Shown piece after piece: positions 25,151 to 38,506 of a stretch of 64,000 nt of DNA. The notes under the pieces are model-generated. The model was given only the letters and a program-made list of their open reading frames with translations, was not told the origin of the DNA and did not search any database. Both the position numbers and the translations under genes were made by a program. Location of the stretch: assembly GCA_002269645.1 (NCBI GenBank), contig NIVC01000227.1:620001-684000 (forward strand), given 5' to 3'. Each line of letters opens with the position of its first letter. The stretch's first letter is position 1. The stretch comes from Macrostomum lignano (Eukaryota).

Positions 25151-25369
25151 GCCACACGTGCCCTTCCGGAGCCCCTTTTTTCATTATGCACCTCGCCTAC
25201 CTCCCCATTTTTCAAGCGCCCCACCCCTTTATCATGTACTTCTCGCATTCCTCGTCTTACTCACCATGTTAGCCCGCTTTTCTTGCGCTGTCTCCTCCTC
25301 ATCCCGTGCTTACTTACAGTATTGCTTGTGCTCACCGTCGCCCCATCCCCTTTTAGAATCCCAAACGGT

Positions 25370-26000
25370 GACGCAAGGCCTCTGACCCCTCCTTCACCCC
25401 GATGACTCATGACCCCCTCTTGCGCAACACTTCTTCGACCCCCGCTGTGCTCATTTCCCCCACCCCTCCTCCGGATTGCGCAATTCTCTCATTTCTCATG
25501 TTTGCTATGGCGTTCTCATGCTTCTCATCATGACTCATTCTGACGTCATTTCTCCGGCAGCGAATCAGAAAGAGGGAGTCATGGAAACGACCTTGGAGCG
25601 GCGGCCGTGAGGGCTATTTAAGGAAGCGGTTTTCGGCGTGAGAACCCTCAGACGTTTGCATTTTGACGCTTCGACTTCGGTCCTTCTCGTCCTCTCTTAG
25701 GACTTGCCATCAGACGTTGATCTGACCCCACATTCGTCTATAGGACGAATCTCTGCCGGTCCGCGGTCCGATACCGTCAAGTTCCCTCAGCTCCCCAAGC
25801 GAGCTCATCTGCCGGCCCGCGGTCTGATACCGCCCAGCATCCTCAGCATCACCTGAGCTACATCAGCGCCTCGTCGCTCCAGCGCATCGCCGCTTCACTA
25901 CCTGCCTGTCCGCAGCCAACAGTCGCCCTCGGTCACTCCATCGCTCTCTCTCTCTGTGCAGCCGCCGGTGAGCTCCTGTACTGATTTGTGCTCTAATTGC
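25370..26000 (+). promoter_or_regulatory. Pol II promoter-like module (AP-1/CRE sites, TATA-like box, splice donor); possible LTR remnant
   Basis: TGACTCA at 25403 and 25531, TGACGTCA at 25541, TATTTAA at 25615, and a GTGAG donor at 25968. The layout resembles 48270-49025. Confidence 0.35.
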
Positions 26001-26639
26001 CTTCGCTTATCCGGGGTTTGCTTATTTCCCATTGTTTGATTAGAGAGCTGAGCCAATTGTGTTACCGTATCTTTGCTGTACTTACTTAATAGGGAAGCCT
26101 AATTGCCTGTTTATTTCGCCTAAGGGCCTAATCATTAACAATTACTAAGCTCCTGATTTCTCACGCCTTCACCATCATTTCACTCATGGCTTGCTAAGCC
26201 TTTCTCTCGGGGTGGCAAAGCATAAGGAAGTTTGGGTAAGCTAATGGCCTCTCCCCGTGCAAAGCCCGCATGTGTATGCGTGCTGCGGGTCCGAGTGTGC
26301 GTGCAGTAGAGGGATTAGCGAGTCTTGGCACAGAATGGCAGCAGGAAGGTTGCAACCCCATGCTTACGCGTCCCTTCGCCCTGAGCAATCTAAACTATAG
26401 CTAGTACATTTTCGCCTCACACTACTCTTAGTAATTGACGCCGCAAGTCCGCCTCATTCACAGCCAACAAAGGGTCCCCTGCTGAGAAATCCTCCAGATT
26501 GAGCCCAGAGTTCCCGAATATGCTCCAAGCAGTCCCTGTACTCGGCTGCATGCGTCTCCCCTGTTAGCCTAAATCCCCTGGTAACCAATCCAGGCGGGGC
26601 TCTAGCCTCGAGAGGTCTGGTAGTGAGATCCAGGTGCGC

Positions 26640-27175
26640 CAGGGGCGTCGCCACCAGGGGAGACAGGGGGACATGTCCCCCAGCAGTAAGAGCTATGGGG
26701 AGGACATGCCAATGCTTTGTCCCCCCTACCCCACCTTTGTTGACCTGTAATGGAAATCAATAATTTTGCTTCAGGGCGACAAAATATATGGTGTCTGCGA
26801 CACAAAAATGAGTGCCTGGGGCGCTAAAATGAGTGCCTGTGGCGCTAAAATAAGTGCATGCCTGTGGCGCTAAAATGAGTGCCTGTGGCGCTAAAATGAG
26901 TGCCTGTGGCGCTAAAATGAGTGCACGCCTGTGGCGCTAAAATGAGTGCACGCCTGTGGCGCTAAAATGAGTGCCTGGGGCGCTAAAATGAGTGCTTGGG
27001 GCGCTAAAATGAGTGCCCGAGGCGCTAAAATGAGTGCATGTCTGTGGCGCCAAAATAATCGCTGACAGCACCATTCTTAAACTAATGTACATGTAGGAAT
27101 TTACTCATGTACATGTAAAATATGCAGAATTCTTGGCTTTGTCCCCCCACCCTAAAATCCATTGCGGCGCCTCTG
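26640..27175. mobile_element. hAT-like MITE with internal gcgctaaaatgagtgcctgtg repeats
   Basis: Starts CAGGGGCGTCGCCA and ends TGCGGCGCCTCTG. Shares termini and the internal motif with 35695-36002. No clear TSD. Confidence 0.65.
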
Positions 27176-30100
27176 AGTGTGCAATATTGCCCCTGTCTGT
27201 GCTGACATTTGGAGTCTTCTACATGGCTGGCTACAGACCATACGGGATTGTGATGGATGATAGAATAATTATCTCCCTTAACGCTCTTAATTCACAGTTA
27301 TTTTCAGCACATACTACTTGTATCAGCCTCTTCTGTATAAACAGAGCGGAGATCGAATATCTGAGCTAGAATATCTACAATTTTGCTAAGCTGTGCCAGA
27401 AGTACCGGCCTAAGATCTTTATTAGCTATTCTGCAGTTTCCTTCCATGACTCGATCTCGACCCTGAAATCAGATCTGCATTCACGCAGACTGCCCACTCG
27501 ACTGTAGGGGTCACGAGGCTGCAAAAGTTATGGCTCGTGTGCTGATACTTGATGTGGATCACTTTCGCGACAGCCAGACTTTTTAGCTGCAAGTTGCTGG
27601 TCGCTGCATGAAGTTATCAGATAGAAGTACTTTACTGAAGTAAAAGAAGAAAACCATCTGGAAAACCGTTCGCCGTGCCAAAGTTTGAAATTTAAAACTT
27701 CCACGCTTGGCAAATCGAGAAAGCCCCATCTAAAAATAGTGCATATACATTACCTTGAAGTCGAGCCTAAAGTACGTGTGCGGGCATCCAGTACCAGTGT
27801 TACAGAAAGAAAAAATGTCTGCAAATTTTTATCATCTGTCCCCAACTCCGAACCCATTTCCGAATCCCAAATCCGATTTCTTTAAAGCATATTAAAGACA
27901 CTACGATAAATATGATAATTCATTACCGGCTTTCAGCTCATTTCTAAGAAATACAAGTGTAGCGTCCTTGTAGCGAGTCCTTCGAAAGTCAGATAGTTGG
28001 ATTGAGCTTAACTTTTTGATTTTTATGGCTATTGATTAAAAACAACAGTGAATTTTTTATTAGTAATACTTTCCAACAAACTAACTAGGCCCTAGTTCTT
28101 CTAGAATCATAAACCTTTGGCTCAATTTTAAGGATGATCCGAAGTCATCTAACTCAATTGAACTCCTCCTTGAACCTTTATTAGTGAGATCTGACTTTGA
28201 AATCCGTTTACTTAATTATTTTAGAAACCATATATGGCAAATGGACAATGAAATTCGAGCATATACACAGTACACAGAATACTATATTTATCCATTCGTT
28301 CGGTATCAAAAACGTTTTTTATTTAAATTTGATTTTTGATTCAACCTATAGGGACGTGACAGGCGGTATACAACATTTCTCTGCTCTTCCCGACATAGAT
28401 ATCGATCCCTTGGGATTCAGTTCCATTTCAGCATTCGCCAAGCCATGGTTAATCCCTTCGAAGCCATGCTAGTCATTCGCTCGGTCAAATTTAGATTCGA
28501 TCCGCACACTCGATTTCAATTAAGCGCTTCATTGATTATACCGCCGACAAATCTGCGCCTCTACTTGCTGTGAATTTCAACTCAGACACTTGTATCTCGT
28601 TCCTTGAGCATAATTAGGGTTTGGCCATAGACAGCAGAATGCAGAAAGCAATTTGGAAATAGATGCGTCCAATTTGGTATTCTGTGATTTGGTCTGCTCA
28701 AGAAACGCTCGTACAAGACAAATGGAGATATGGCACATACAGGCATAGCCATAGTTAATCATGGTTTTGCCATAGACGATAAAGCACTTTAAATAGAAAC
28801 ACTTGGTATAGTAGATCAATCAGCGTGCAGAAGCCACGAGTGATTGTTCGGTAATTATCTATGGAAAAGACATGCTGGACAGTTACATTGTAGTAATATT
28901 CCTTTTCAACTTCGGATTCGTCAAAAGTGAGTTTAAATCCGTCGTCAGCGTATGCAAAACTACATAGCGCTCAAGGGGAAGAGAATGAGTGTCTATGGTA
29001 AATTTTTAGAGAAAGTGACTCCGAATTCGTCTAAGTAAGTGAAATTCGTCAGTGCAAATACAGCCTGATCAGAAAAAGTGTTTGCTTTGTCCATGGTTAG
29101 AAAAGAAGATGTCTATGGTAAATTTAAGTAAGAAGGTGAGTGAATTTCGTCTGGAAAAGAAGCCCAATTTCTTGAAATCTTCATTTCATGCTTTGATTGT
29201 TGTCAGGGATTCCCTCTAAATAAATCCCGGAACCATAGTTGTATTCTATGGTTGAAGTTGGGGATGGGGGTGTGGGGGCGAAGCCCCCACATTCTTACCA
29301 TAGACAAAATTTCATTAAGAAATTTCTCGAGTCACGAAGGAAGAGAAGAGAGAAGCTCGCTTATTTAGATACATACAATGGATAAATAATCAGCGGTCCC
29401 AGTGCCATAGACAAATCGTTGTCACGTGCTGCGACCGCTGATTCTTTGCATTGTTTTTCTGTTTGACGATCCTACAGACAATGCATTGTTTGTAGTAATG
29501 GATTGTTCTGCATTAAAAATGTGAATAATGATCGTCAAATTGCTAAACAATAATCCTTGCAATATGTCCGGGAAAGTGATCGATTAAATCCCGCAAAATG
29601 AAATGTATGTCAGATAACCTCCCTGAAAGTGAGCTTCAAAGTGGTTAAGGATAGTTAAACAATACTGTCTTCTGCTCAAGGAAAAGGCAGCGGCTGGCAA
29701 CCAACTAAACCAATGAATCTAGCACTTTTATGAAATTTATGCTCAGCTGCATCCATAGAATAAACAGTTACTTTGGCAGCTGATGAGCAATCAAACTTAT
29801 TTAGTTAAGAGCCTCAGCTTCACTCTGGAAAAGAAAAGGGCCACAGGATGAGTTGTAGATTGATTGACGCCAGTTCATATCGGATTTGTCGATAGCGTCA
29901 ATTTTTAGTCGTAGCCAGAGTTGAACTTACATCGTATCGCACAGCTGTGTTACTGATCTTTATATGTTTGAATTAAAATGAGGAAGGCCTGCTGACATTG
30001 AAGACTGCTGTTTCTGCAACTAGGTTTCTTCCTTGTGGCAGAAAAAATGGAGCACACAAAGCCACGAAGACACATTTCTCCGTGTATTTACCCTGTGAGA

Positions 30101-33100
30101 AGCAAGTATAGAAGGGACTACTATATCTCGGACATGGAATAAAAGTAAAAGTGACGATAGACCCCCTTATCACAGGAGCGGACATATACCATAAAACTAC
30201 AAGTCTGGAGCACGTCATGCAGTTGTCACAAGGCAGGGTTCGGGTCAGCGTTAGCTCAGCGGTAAACGCGTCTGCAGACTCAAATTGCGGCAATCGTTAC
30301 GCATCAAAAAGTCGTCCATGAAACGTAAGACCTTGTAAAACCATTCTAACGTATCAACTACCATGATATATTGGACGCTGTGTTCTGCACACCATTACCA
30401 TTATTGTAATAAAAAAGCTTGGTTCAAACAAATCGGAAAATTTCAATTACCGACGATGAAACACAGAACTGTTTAAATGTGAACCTTTGCCGCCGTTTCA
30501 ATTGTCTTTCTCAGTATTTCAATATTCAGAAAGCGAAGGAAAGCTTTTTGAACTGAGAACTGCTTTGGCAGTGGGGATTAAATGAATGGCAAAGCTTTTT
30601 TACATCTTTTTATTAAAGCAATTATCTTGATTAGCCTACCATAACCTCAAGTTGTGTATCTTCTACAGCTACGGGTATTGGCTGGTACTTAAAGTTATGG
30701 AGTGCCCTAAATACACCAATAGACTAATTAGCTGGGTTCAAATTGGACTATAACGTACGAAATAACCCATACCTTGGAGAGCTGGTCACAGAATCCGCCT
30801 TTACTAATTAGTTTCCTGGTGAGGATAAAATATTAGCCATTATCTTGTCAGGTGCAGACGCCAACGTTCCATCAGACCCATGGTCTAGCTAATTGATTCA
30901 ACCTCTATACTCTCTTCTCAAGCCATATAACCTTTCACAATATGATATGGCAGAAATTGTCGTTTTCTGTCAACGACCTCCCCCATCACGCACTCCTATT
31001 AATAGTTATCAATTATCTTATTGATGGGTCAGCCCCTCAAAAATATTCAAATTTGTCCATTAATCAGTCTGGACCAAACTATCAGATTCGTACATGCTAA
31101 CGATTAACTTTGTAAACTATAGCTTTCCTAACAGCTCATTTCTCTAAGATCTTCAATAACATTTTGATTACTAAAACCTCGATCAAGCATAAAGTTTCCG
31201 TGATAGCTCCGTAGCGCTTTTCTTTGTCCACTGTGTACCTATAGAAACCAGAACCCTGTCTGTCTGTGTACAAATTAGATCGCTGTGGAAACTGGAACTG
31301 CTCAACCAAATGGCACCAATTTTTGCACCCACCCTAAACTCACTATACGGACAAGGTTTAGGCTACCTTATTAAAATTTCCTAAATGCAAGACTTCCTAC
31401 TTGAAAGTGCAAGAAACTGATTTAAAAGAAGCGATTTTTTCACTTTAACAATTAAACAGTGGTTGAGGAAGACGGCAAACACTAAGACAATAAGACGGTT
31501 GTGTAAAAACTAAACTTTATGAAAAAGTGATACAATATAATCCTAATGAATTAGTCCCATATTGAAAATTTCAATACTTTTACTATTACATAAAAGGCAC
31601 TTTAAAATTGAAATGCCTCCAAAAAGTGTATTAGGAAGGTTGCTTGACTGCGATTCAGATCTGCAAGGCAGAAGGGACAGGGCAACGCGGCTGAAGAAAA
31701 AAAATCACATAGCACAGAGACAGACAACGCAGATCGAGTGCAAGTGCGGTAGAAGGAGAACAAACCCAGAATTTGAAGCCTTTGACCGCAGACAAGATTA
31801 TTGACATCAGCAGCTGGCGCCAACACTTCCAACAATGCAGAGCTGGAGATACACAAATTGAGAGCTGCAGTTTATGTGGCTAAGAGGTGACGGCCAACTA
31901 GAGGATGCATGGACTTTCACCTGCAATTGCTGCATTCGGTACGCTCGTAACTTTAGTGCAGGAGCTCAAGGCTAAGTTAAATAACCAGGAGCCAAAGAGA
32001 GCCAGGTTTCGTGTCTCAGAAATGATGCACGGATATCTGATGTTAATGTTCTCTTTACCTGCCAGTAGGCAGTTGTGCTTTCATTCGCAAATTCGAACGG
32101 ATGTTTGATCAAATAATTAAAAAATAAATTCTGAAGTTTGCCAATTGTGTGCTCTGAGAAACGGCAGAATTCAGATTTTCAGATATAAGGTGGGGTCGTC
32201 TGTGAAGACAGAACGAGCTATAGTGCATTTTATATTTCACGAGTTCTTTTAAAAAAGTTTTAACATTAAAAATCCGTACAGCGTTCACAAAAATTCTAAA
32301 AAAGATTAATAGAGATGTGAATGACCTTTCAGAGTGACTTGCTTGTCTGTGTGAAGTGCTTAATCTGGTGCATGTAAAATAATAATAATTGTGCGGACTT
32401 AAATAGAAGTAACAAGAAGTACACAAGTGCAATAAGTCTGATTAATAAATTACTGTAAAAGTCAACAACATAAAGTTTTAACTAACATTTGAGTGTGAGG
32501 CTTGCTTAGATAAAAAAGTTATGATATAGCATCCGAAATACGACATCAAGACACTGATTGAGAAAGTGCAATAATCAATTAAACCTGAATGTGCAATAAC
32601 AAAATTCTAAGATTTTAAAATAAACCGACGTAGGTCGAAAAGGGTAACATTGTGGCAATCAAAATTTGACCTCGATTCGATTGATTTCACCGCATAAGAA
32701 TCGTTCACAATATAGTTCTAGCTACTCAACGATTTTTCGAATCAAGTCGGGAAAAACTATACTTCAAAGTTGCAAATTACATTATGACGTACATCAGCAA
32801 ATCATAGAATGTCAACTAAACTGACAACGAGAATCTGAATTGCAAAACGAGCTGGAGTCCCGCTGACAAGCAGAGTAAACTTGTATAAAACTGAAACAGA
32901 ATTTATACGCTGCTGTCAAAGGATATTGCAAGCAAAACAAGAACAATTAATGCATCGATTTCAACACTGTATGGTTATTAGTGAAAGGAAATATAGCAGC
33001 TAGTGAATGTAAAAAGAATAGTAACGACTACATACATTAGCCATCAAGGACAGGGAGTCTCGCAATGTGACTCAATTAGCGATTAAAAGACTGGTAGAGG

Positions 33101-33165
33101 AATCGATATTTGATTTTCGTGCTATAGCATTGTGGATGATGCTTCAATTGGTGTCACAGGGCTTT

Positions 33166-33233
33166 AACAACATGAAAAACAACAACAACAACAACAACAT
33201 GAAAAACAACAACAACAACAACAACAACAACAA
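33166..33233. repeat. (AAC)n microsatellite, duplicated with catgaaa spacer
   Basis: Directly visible. Confidence 0.95.
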
Positions 33234-34199
33234 GTGGATTGCCACCTGTTGTTGACCACTGGTTTCGGGGTGTTGTTGCTGATAAAATATATGATCCTGA
33301 GTGGACGTGTGCGCTGCAGACTTTAACTATAGACAGCTTGCACTGTACCGCAAGAATACTAAGCATAAGACAGAATGCCAACTTCGCATCTGCAGCTGCA
33401 GATGGAGCCAAAAGTGCAGCTTCCCGGCAGTTTACTTTAAAATACTTTAGAATGTGTGAGTATATACGCAGTTATGATAAATATTCTATACATAGCTTAT
33501 TTTTCTTTTTTCCGGCTTCAGCTGCAGTTGCGAAGTTGGCACTCTATCTTATGCTTGATATTTTCTGTTGTACCCAATTCAAAATCATCTACCTCAGAGT
33601 GCACCTTCAGAGCTTAAGTATATCTGCATCTACTTGCATCTGGGATACTCTTAACAGATGGGAGAATTTTAAGTCAAGAAAAGAAGGACTAGCTACTCAA
33701 GTAGGAGGGAAACTATACGTTTTTTAGAAAATTTGAGGAGGCTGCCGCACGTTTGACCAAAAAATACATTGCGGAGATAAGAGGCTTTCATTTTTCAGCA
33801 CAAAAACTGTAATTACTTCTGATAGGAGGCAGGGCTTAAATGTTCATTTTCTGATATGTCTTGCCTCTCTTAGCTTTATGGATATTCATAAAGCAATGAA
33901 TTAATTTTATTGACAAAGCTAATACTAATTTTATATCCTAGCTCGTGCGTACATATCCTGTGACTAAAATCATGAAAATGGCACGACTCGTTTCAATGGT
34001 TTTATGAACCTACATGTATTTGAAACCATTGTGTTGCACATTCAATCATAAATTCAACTTCCCAGAGAATTAAAGTCCAGTTTGTAGATCCCCAAAGCCT
34101 CAAAGGGCCAAAAACGTCAGATTTTTCTAGTTTTATTTTTTTTTGTCTTGCATGGTAAAAGTTACCGAGAAGCTCCGTTTGTCCTTTTACCTTCGAGCC

Positions 34200-35330
34200 T
34201 CATCCAGCAGCGGTGGTCCTAATATTGTACGCCGTCGTCACCGAGGTGGCCAGGTTGATGCCCGACGACTCCTTCGCTGACGCCTTTCGGCGCCTGCCGC
34301 ACAGGCCAGCGGTTGCCAGGCAGATGGCGCCCCCAATCGTCTGGCAGAAGGCCGTACGAAAGCTTCGTCCAATGAAGTAAGCAAACGGATCGAAAATGCT
34401 GTTCAAGAACATGAAGCCCTCCAAAACTTGATTGCCCAAGTCTAACTGGCTCTCGGTTAGTTGTTTGCTCGGCGACAAGTACCTGGCGCTGTAGCCTTCG
34501 TACACAGAGAAGGCCGCCCTGGGCGCGTGCGTCAGGAAGAACACGAGGTTCATGCCGATCATCGCGGCGCAGGCGCCGACCATTTTGTTGCGCTTCAGGT
34601 TGGCCGAGCCGCTGGTCAGGCGGCTCAACTTGCTGGCCTGAAGCCGAAGCGCAACGGCCACGATGATGCATCCGGATAGAAGAACAAAGAACAGTGCCAC
34701 CTTTGACACGTAGAACTCGATATTGTACTGCAGTGGGTCCAAGACGGCCAACAATGCTTCGTCAGTCCTGCTATCGCAGCGGTTGTCAATGTACTCTTGC
34801 TCGGCAGACCACAGGGCCGGGTCAATGCTGCCTAACAGAAACAGAATGATTAGCATGATGCAGTGGTTGCGTCCAGTCATGATTGTCTTCACTTTCAGCG
34901 GCATCACCACGGCTAGGACGCGTTCAACTGTAAGTCCAACGTGAAAGTACGGCGTTCCATTCAGTATGTACTTGTGGACATAGTTGACAATGTAACACGC
35001 GGCCGCGTTTTCGTTCATGAGCTTCAGAAACGGGGACAGTTTGTAGTTCATTGTGCGCATCAAGTAGATCTGGTAGCAGTTGAAGCCGCCGATTGCCAGC
35101 GAAAGCGCGTCGAAGCTGGTAATGATCAACATCGTGCGCCTCGATATTTTAGGGAAAGTCTTCGAGTTGAGTAGGATGGTGATGAAGCAGAGAACGTTGA
35201 CGACTATTCCGAAAACCATTAAAGTTGGCATCAGCCAAATGACGATGTTAGTGAAGGCCCAGCGCCAGCTGGGAATTTCAAACCAAGGCAGTTCTTCTTC
35301 TTCGGCTGTACTATTGCTGCTGTCGTACAT
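34200..35330 (-). CDS. Class A (rhodopsin-like) GPCR, peptide-receptor-like, intronless, 376 aa
   Basis: Seven hydrophobic segments, TM1 GIVVN, TM3 C..TVERVLAV, TM6 FFLTHAP, TM7 NSIFDPFAY (DPxxY variant), an N-terminal N-glycosylation sequon and a C-terminal Cys. Confidence 0.93.
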   Translation of the reverse strand: MYDSSNSTAEEEELPWFEIPSWRWAFTNIVIWLMPTLMVFGIVVNVLCFITILLNSKTFPKISRRTMLIITSFDALSLAIGGFNCYQIYLMRTMNYKLSPFLKLMNENAAACYIVNYVHKYILNGTPYFHVGLTVERVLAVVMPLKVKTIMTGRNHCIMLIILFLLGSIDPALWSAEQEYIDNRCDSRTDEALLAVLDPLQYNIEFYVSKVALFFVLLSGCIIVAVALRLQASKLSRLTSGSANLKRNKMVGACAAMIGMNLVFFLTHAPRAAFSVYEGYSARYLSPSKQLTESQLDLGNQVLEGFMFLNSIFDPFAYFIGRSFRTAFCQTIGGAICLATAGLCGRRRKASAKESSGINLATSVTTAYNIRTTAAG

Positions 35331-35694
35331 GACTGAAGCAGGTCGCGTGTAACTCTCTACCTCCTGCGCAAGATTGTTGAAGCGATGATTCGAGTTGACT
35401 TCTTAGTTTTAACGACCTAACCTAACGAGTCACCTAACCTAACGAGTAACCTAACGATGAGTTTGCATTATCTTTATGAGTTTATCCATAAAGTAGGCTT
35501 CGCTAATTTAAATTTAATAGAAGTCATATTGTCTGATCTTTATGTTTCCTATTTTCAAATGCGGTAAAAGTTAACAGACTCCGAGAGAGCGCAGTTATAG
35601 TAAAGTTTTTAGGCTGCTTCTGTTCAATATAGATGTCACAAATCAAGTTTTATAAAGCTAAGCTCGTGCCATTTGTCTACGACGTAATTGCTTT

Positions 35695-36002
35695 CAGGGG
35701 CGTCGCCATGGATTTTATGGTGGGGGCGGACAAAATCAATAATTCTATATGTTACATAATTACAATCCTCCAAGTATGCATTTTATTTGAGAATCGGTGT
35801 TGTAGGACTCATTTTGACAACGCAGGCACTCATTTTGGCGCCGCAGGCACTCTATTTTGGCTTCCTGAAGCAAAACTTTGATTACCACAACGGGTCACAA
35901 GGTGACATGAGGGGGAGACAAAGCATTGGCATGTCCCTCCATAGCTTTTACTAGGGAGGCATGTCCTGTCCCCCCCCTGTCCCCCCGGTGGCGACGCCCC
36001 TG
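35695..36002. mobile_element. hAT-like MITE
   Basis: 14-bp TIR CAGGGGCGTCGCCA / TGGCGACGCCCCTG with a degenerate 8-bp TSD (attgcttt / gttgctgt). Confidence 0.8.
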
Positions 36003-36934
36003 GTTGCTGTTTCTGTTGTAGATTTTGACCTCGTCATTGCAGCATGCGAGGTCACGAATAAATACGACGAGAACTGGAAAATTCAAGTAACAAACTGTCC
36101 CCACTCACCCGAGCTTGAAGTGCCGACTTGACTCTGGATTCGAGTGCAGGGCAGAAAACTGCAAACAGTGTGCAAGCCTACAGAAAATGCGCCTGCTCCC
36201 TGGCAGTGTGCGAGTTGTCTCCTCTGAACCAGACAGCAACAGCAATGCGCGCGTCGATCACTCGGAGCGAGTGTTTTTGGCTTTTTTGGATAGAGCCGCC
36301 GAAGCAGTTTTATACTGGGCGAGGAGCTCAGGACGCGACGCCTCTGATGCTGAACGTTTTTTTTTCACGCGCAAGCTGTCGAACGAACTAATTGGTAATG
36401 CGACTAATACCAGAGATAGGGGCAGAGAGTGACGGATTAAAATCGAGAAAACGACTAAAACAGGACACGATAGTTCGTTGATGTACGCTCGTAGCAAAAC
36501 CAAATTTTTCTTCTGAGCTCTGCTCCGGTTTCCATCCATATGCCGCAGATTATTAAATAGCTGTTGGTGACTGTTATTTCCTTCTCCATCTCCCTCTCTC
36601 TCATCCGTTCTGGCAGACAGGGCTCTACCAGTGTGGCCGAGGCGGTCTGCGATTGGTTTGCAGTGGACGAGGGGTGTTGAGGACCGTGTCTAGTGAGTCT
36701 TGACGTCCTAAATGGCAATCAGTTAGCTGGATGTGTAGCCCCGAACACTATGCATTATGTGGGCATCGTTTACCTGATTGTCCAGTAAAAACTCTCGTGG
36801 CCAACTTTCAGTTGTACTAATTAGCAATAAAGCCATGAAAGTGTCCACAAATGTCCACACTGATACATCCTAACTTGTTGCAAATGGACCGTTCCTTGAG
36901 TAAATAGCTGCCAGAATCGTGATTGACATTGACT

Positions 36935-37590
36935 ATACTTTTTTGCGATTGAATTCGTCCAAACTGCAAAAACCTTTCGTCCACAAATGCTTTCTTAATG
37001 GGAGCTAAATTTAGATCATACCATAGACAACTGTGTTCACGCAAAACGGTTCATCCAGTTTGTAAAACATTTCGTCCCCTAGACTAGAGACCGAGTGTAC
37101 TGTTCCTACCATAGTTAACACCCAATTGACAGTTCGCTTTTGCTACCACTACAGCTACAGCAACGCATTTCTTCCATTCTGAACCCGGCAAAACAGTCGA
37201 AGATGAACCGAGGCCTGGCGGATGCACATTTTGAAGAGAGAGGTCGAAGCTGCACTGCACGTGATTACACAGGAGATGTGCCAGCAATGGACCAATCGCA
37301 CTGTGGGTTACTACGGCCGCTGTTTGGACTACGAAGACATTTTGAACTAACATTCTAACAAGAGACACTGTTTTTGCTTTGTTCAATATCTCGTGATATC
37401 AAATAAAGTCGCTCCGTTTAGCTGTTAGCTGTTTGGACGAAGGGTTTTGACGAAATGTTTTACAAACTGGATGAACCGTTTTGCGTGAACACAGTTGTCT
37501 ATGGTATAATCTAAATTTAGCTCCCATTAAGAAAGCGTTAGTGGACGAAAGGTTTTGCAGTTTGGACGAATTCAATCGCAAAAAAAGTAT
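36935..37590. mobile_element. Element with ~142-bp inverted repeats enclosing a ~370-bp spacer
   Basis: 36935-37076 is a near-perfect reverse complement of 37449-37590, and both arms carry CCATAGAC/GTCTATGG. The spacer weakly resembles a degenerate IS630/Tc1 C-terminus (S.ILNP, IT.E.CQ.W....Y.RCL). Confidence 0.7.
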
Positions 37591-38506
37591 ATTTGAATAG
37601 CCTGCTGACCGCGATCTGCATGATGTAGCTGTGTTTTTATGGATTATGTACTATTAGCTATACGCTATTAGGTTTTTACGGTAGCAATCAGGGGGTCTTT
37701 TTCGAAACAACGAGCCTAGTGTAAGTTCTATGGTATGTGCCGTCGTAAGTCAGAACTTTGCGCTTAGCGTAAGACGGGTGGTAAAGCTGTTTCTCGAAGA
37801 AAATTTTTAGAGTTCTCGCAACTTACGCGGTTCGCAATTCATCGTGAAGCAAAATATGCTGTCTATGGTCAAAGTCGTAGAGTTTAAGATCAACCTTACA
37901 AAAGACCATAGACCTACGAACGTTTCGAGAAACCGCATCTGTCGCAATATTACGACCTGTTAGGCAAACCGTAAGCGTTTTCATCACAACTTACGTCTAT
38001 GGTCCATCGCAACGATTTCTATTGTTGGTTTTGGTGGACCGCGAGTCAGTTTGGTTTAAATGCACCACTCGAACTGGTTCCCACTCGATGCGAACGATTC
38101 TGTTTTCAATTAGTTTCTTTTTCAAATTTTCACTCTGCTGCCAATCTCATGTCGTTTAGCGTCGCTTTTCGCTAAAAAAATTATTGCTTATGCCACTCGA
38201 GTGCAAAAATATCAACTGCTAACTGCCAAATTTGGCGTTCGCTGGTGTCCTGCTCTTGTGTCCTAGAGGCTGGTTTTTGAGAGGCCTCAAATAGCTCACT
38301 ATTTTATTGCACCCTCAACTGAAATATTTTCAATATCCTGTTCTCATTTTCTGACAGAGTCTTTTCCACCATCATCATCTCGACAGAGTATTGGATTTTG
38401 ACAGAATGGCATCACTGATGACAGTGACTCAGTTAAGTCCTTCCACTTCTCCCAGGGATTTCAACTCGATAATGAGCTTCAATTTTGGGTGTCAATTTTG
38501 AAATTG

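Noticed and set aside
31562-33727. Short ORFs possibly from a BEN-domain or TE accessory gene
   Set aside because: No consistent frame, splice chain or recognisable motif could be assembled.
36115-36432. piggyBac-like N-terminal fragment (FF..L...I..ATN)
   Set aside because: Only a few residues resemble the motif, with no TTAA-bounded ends or further domains.
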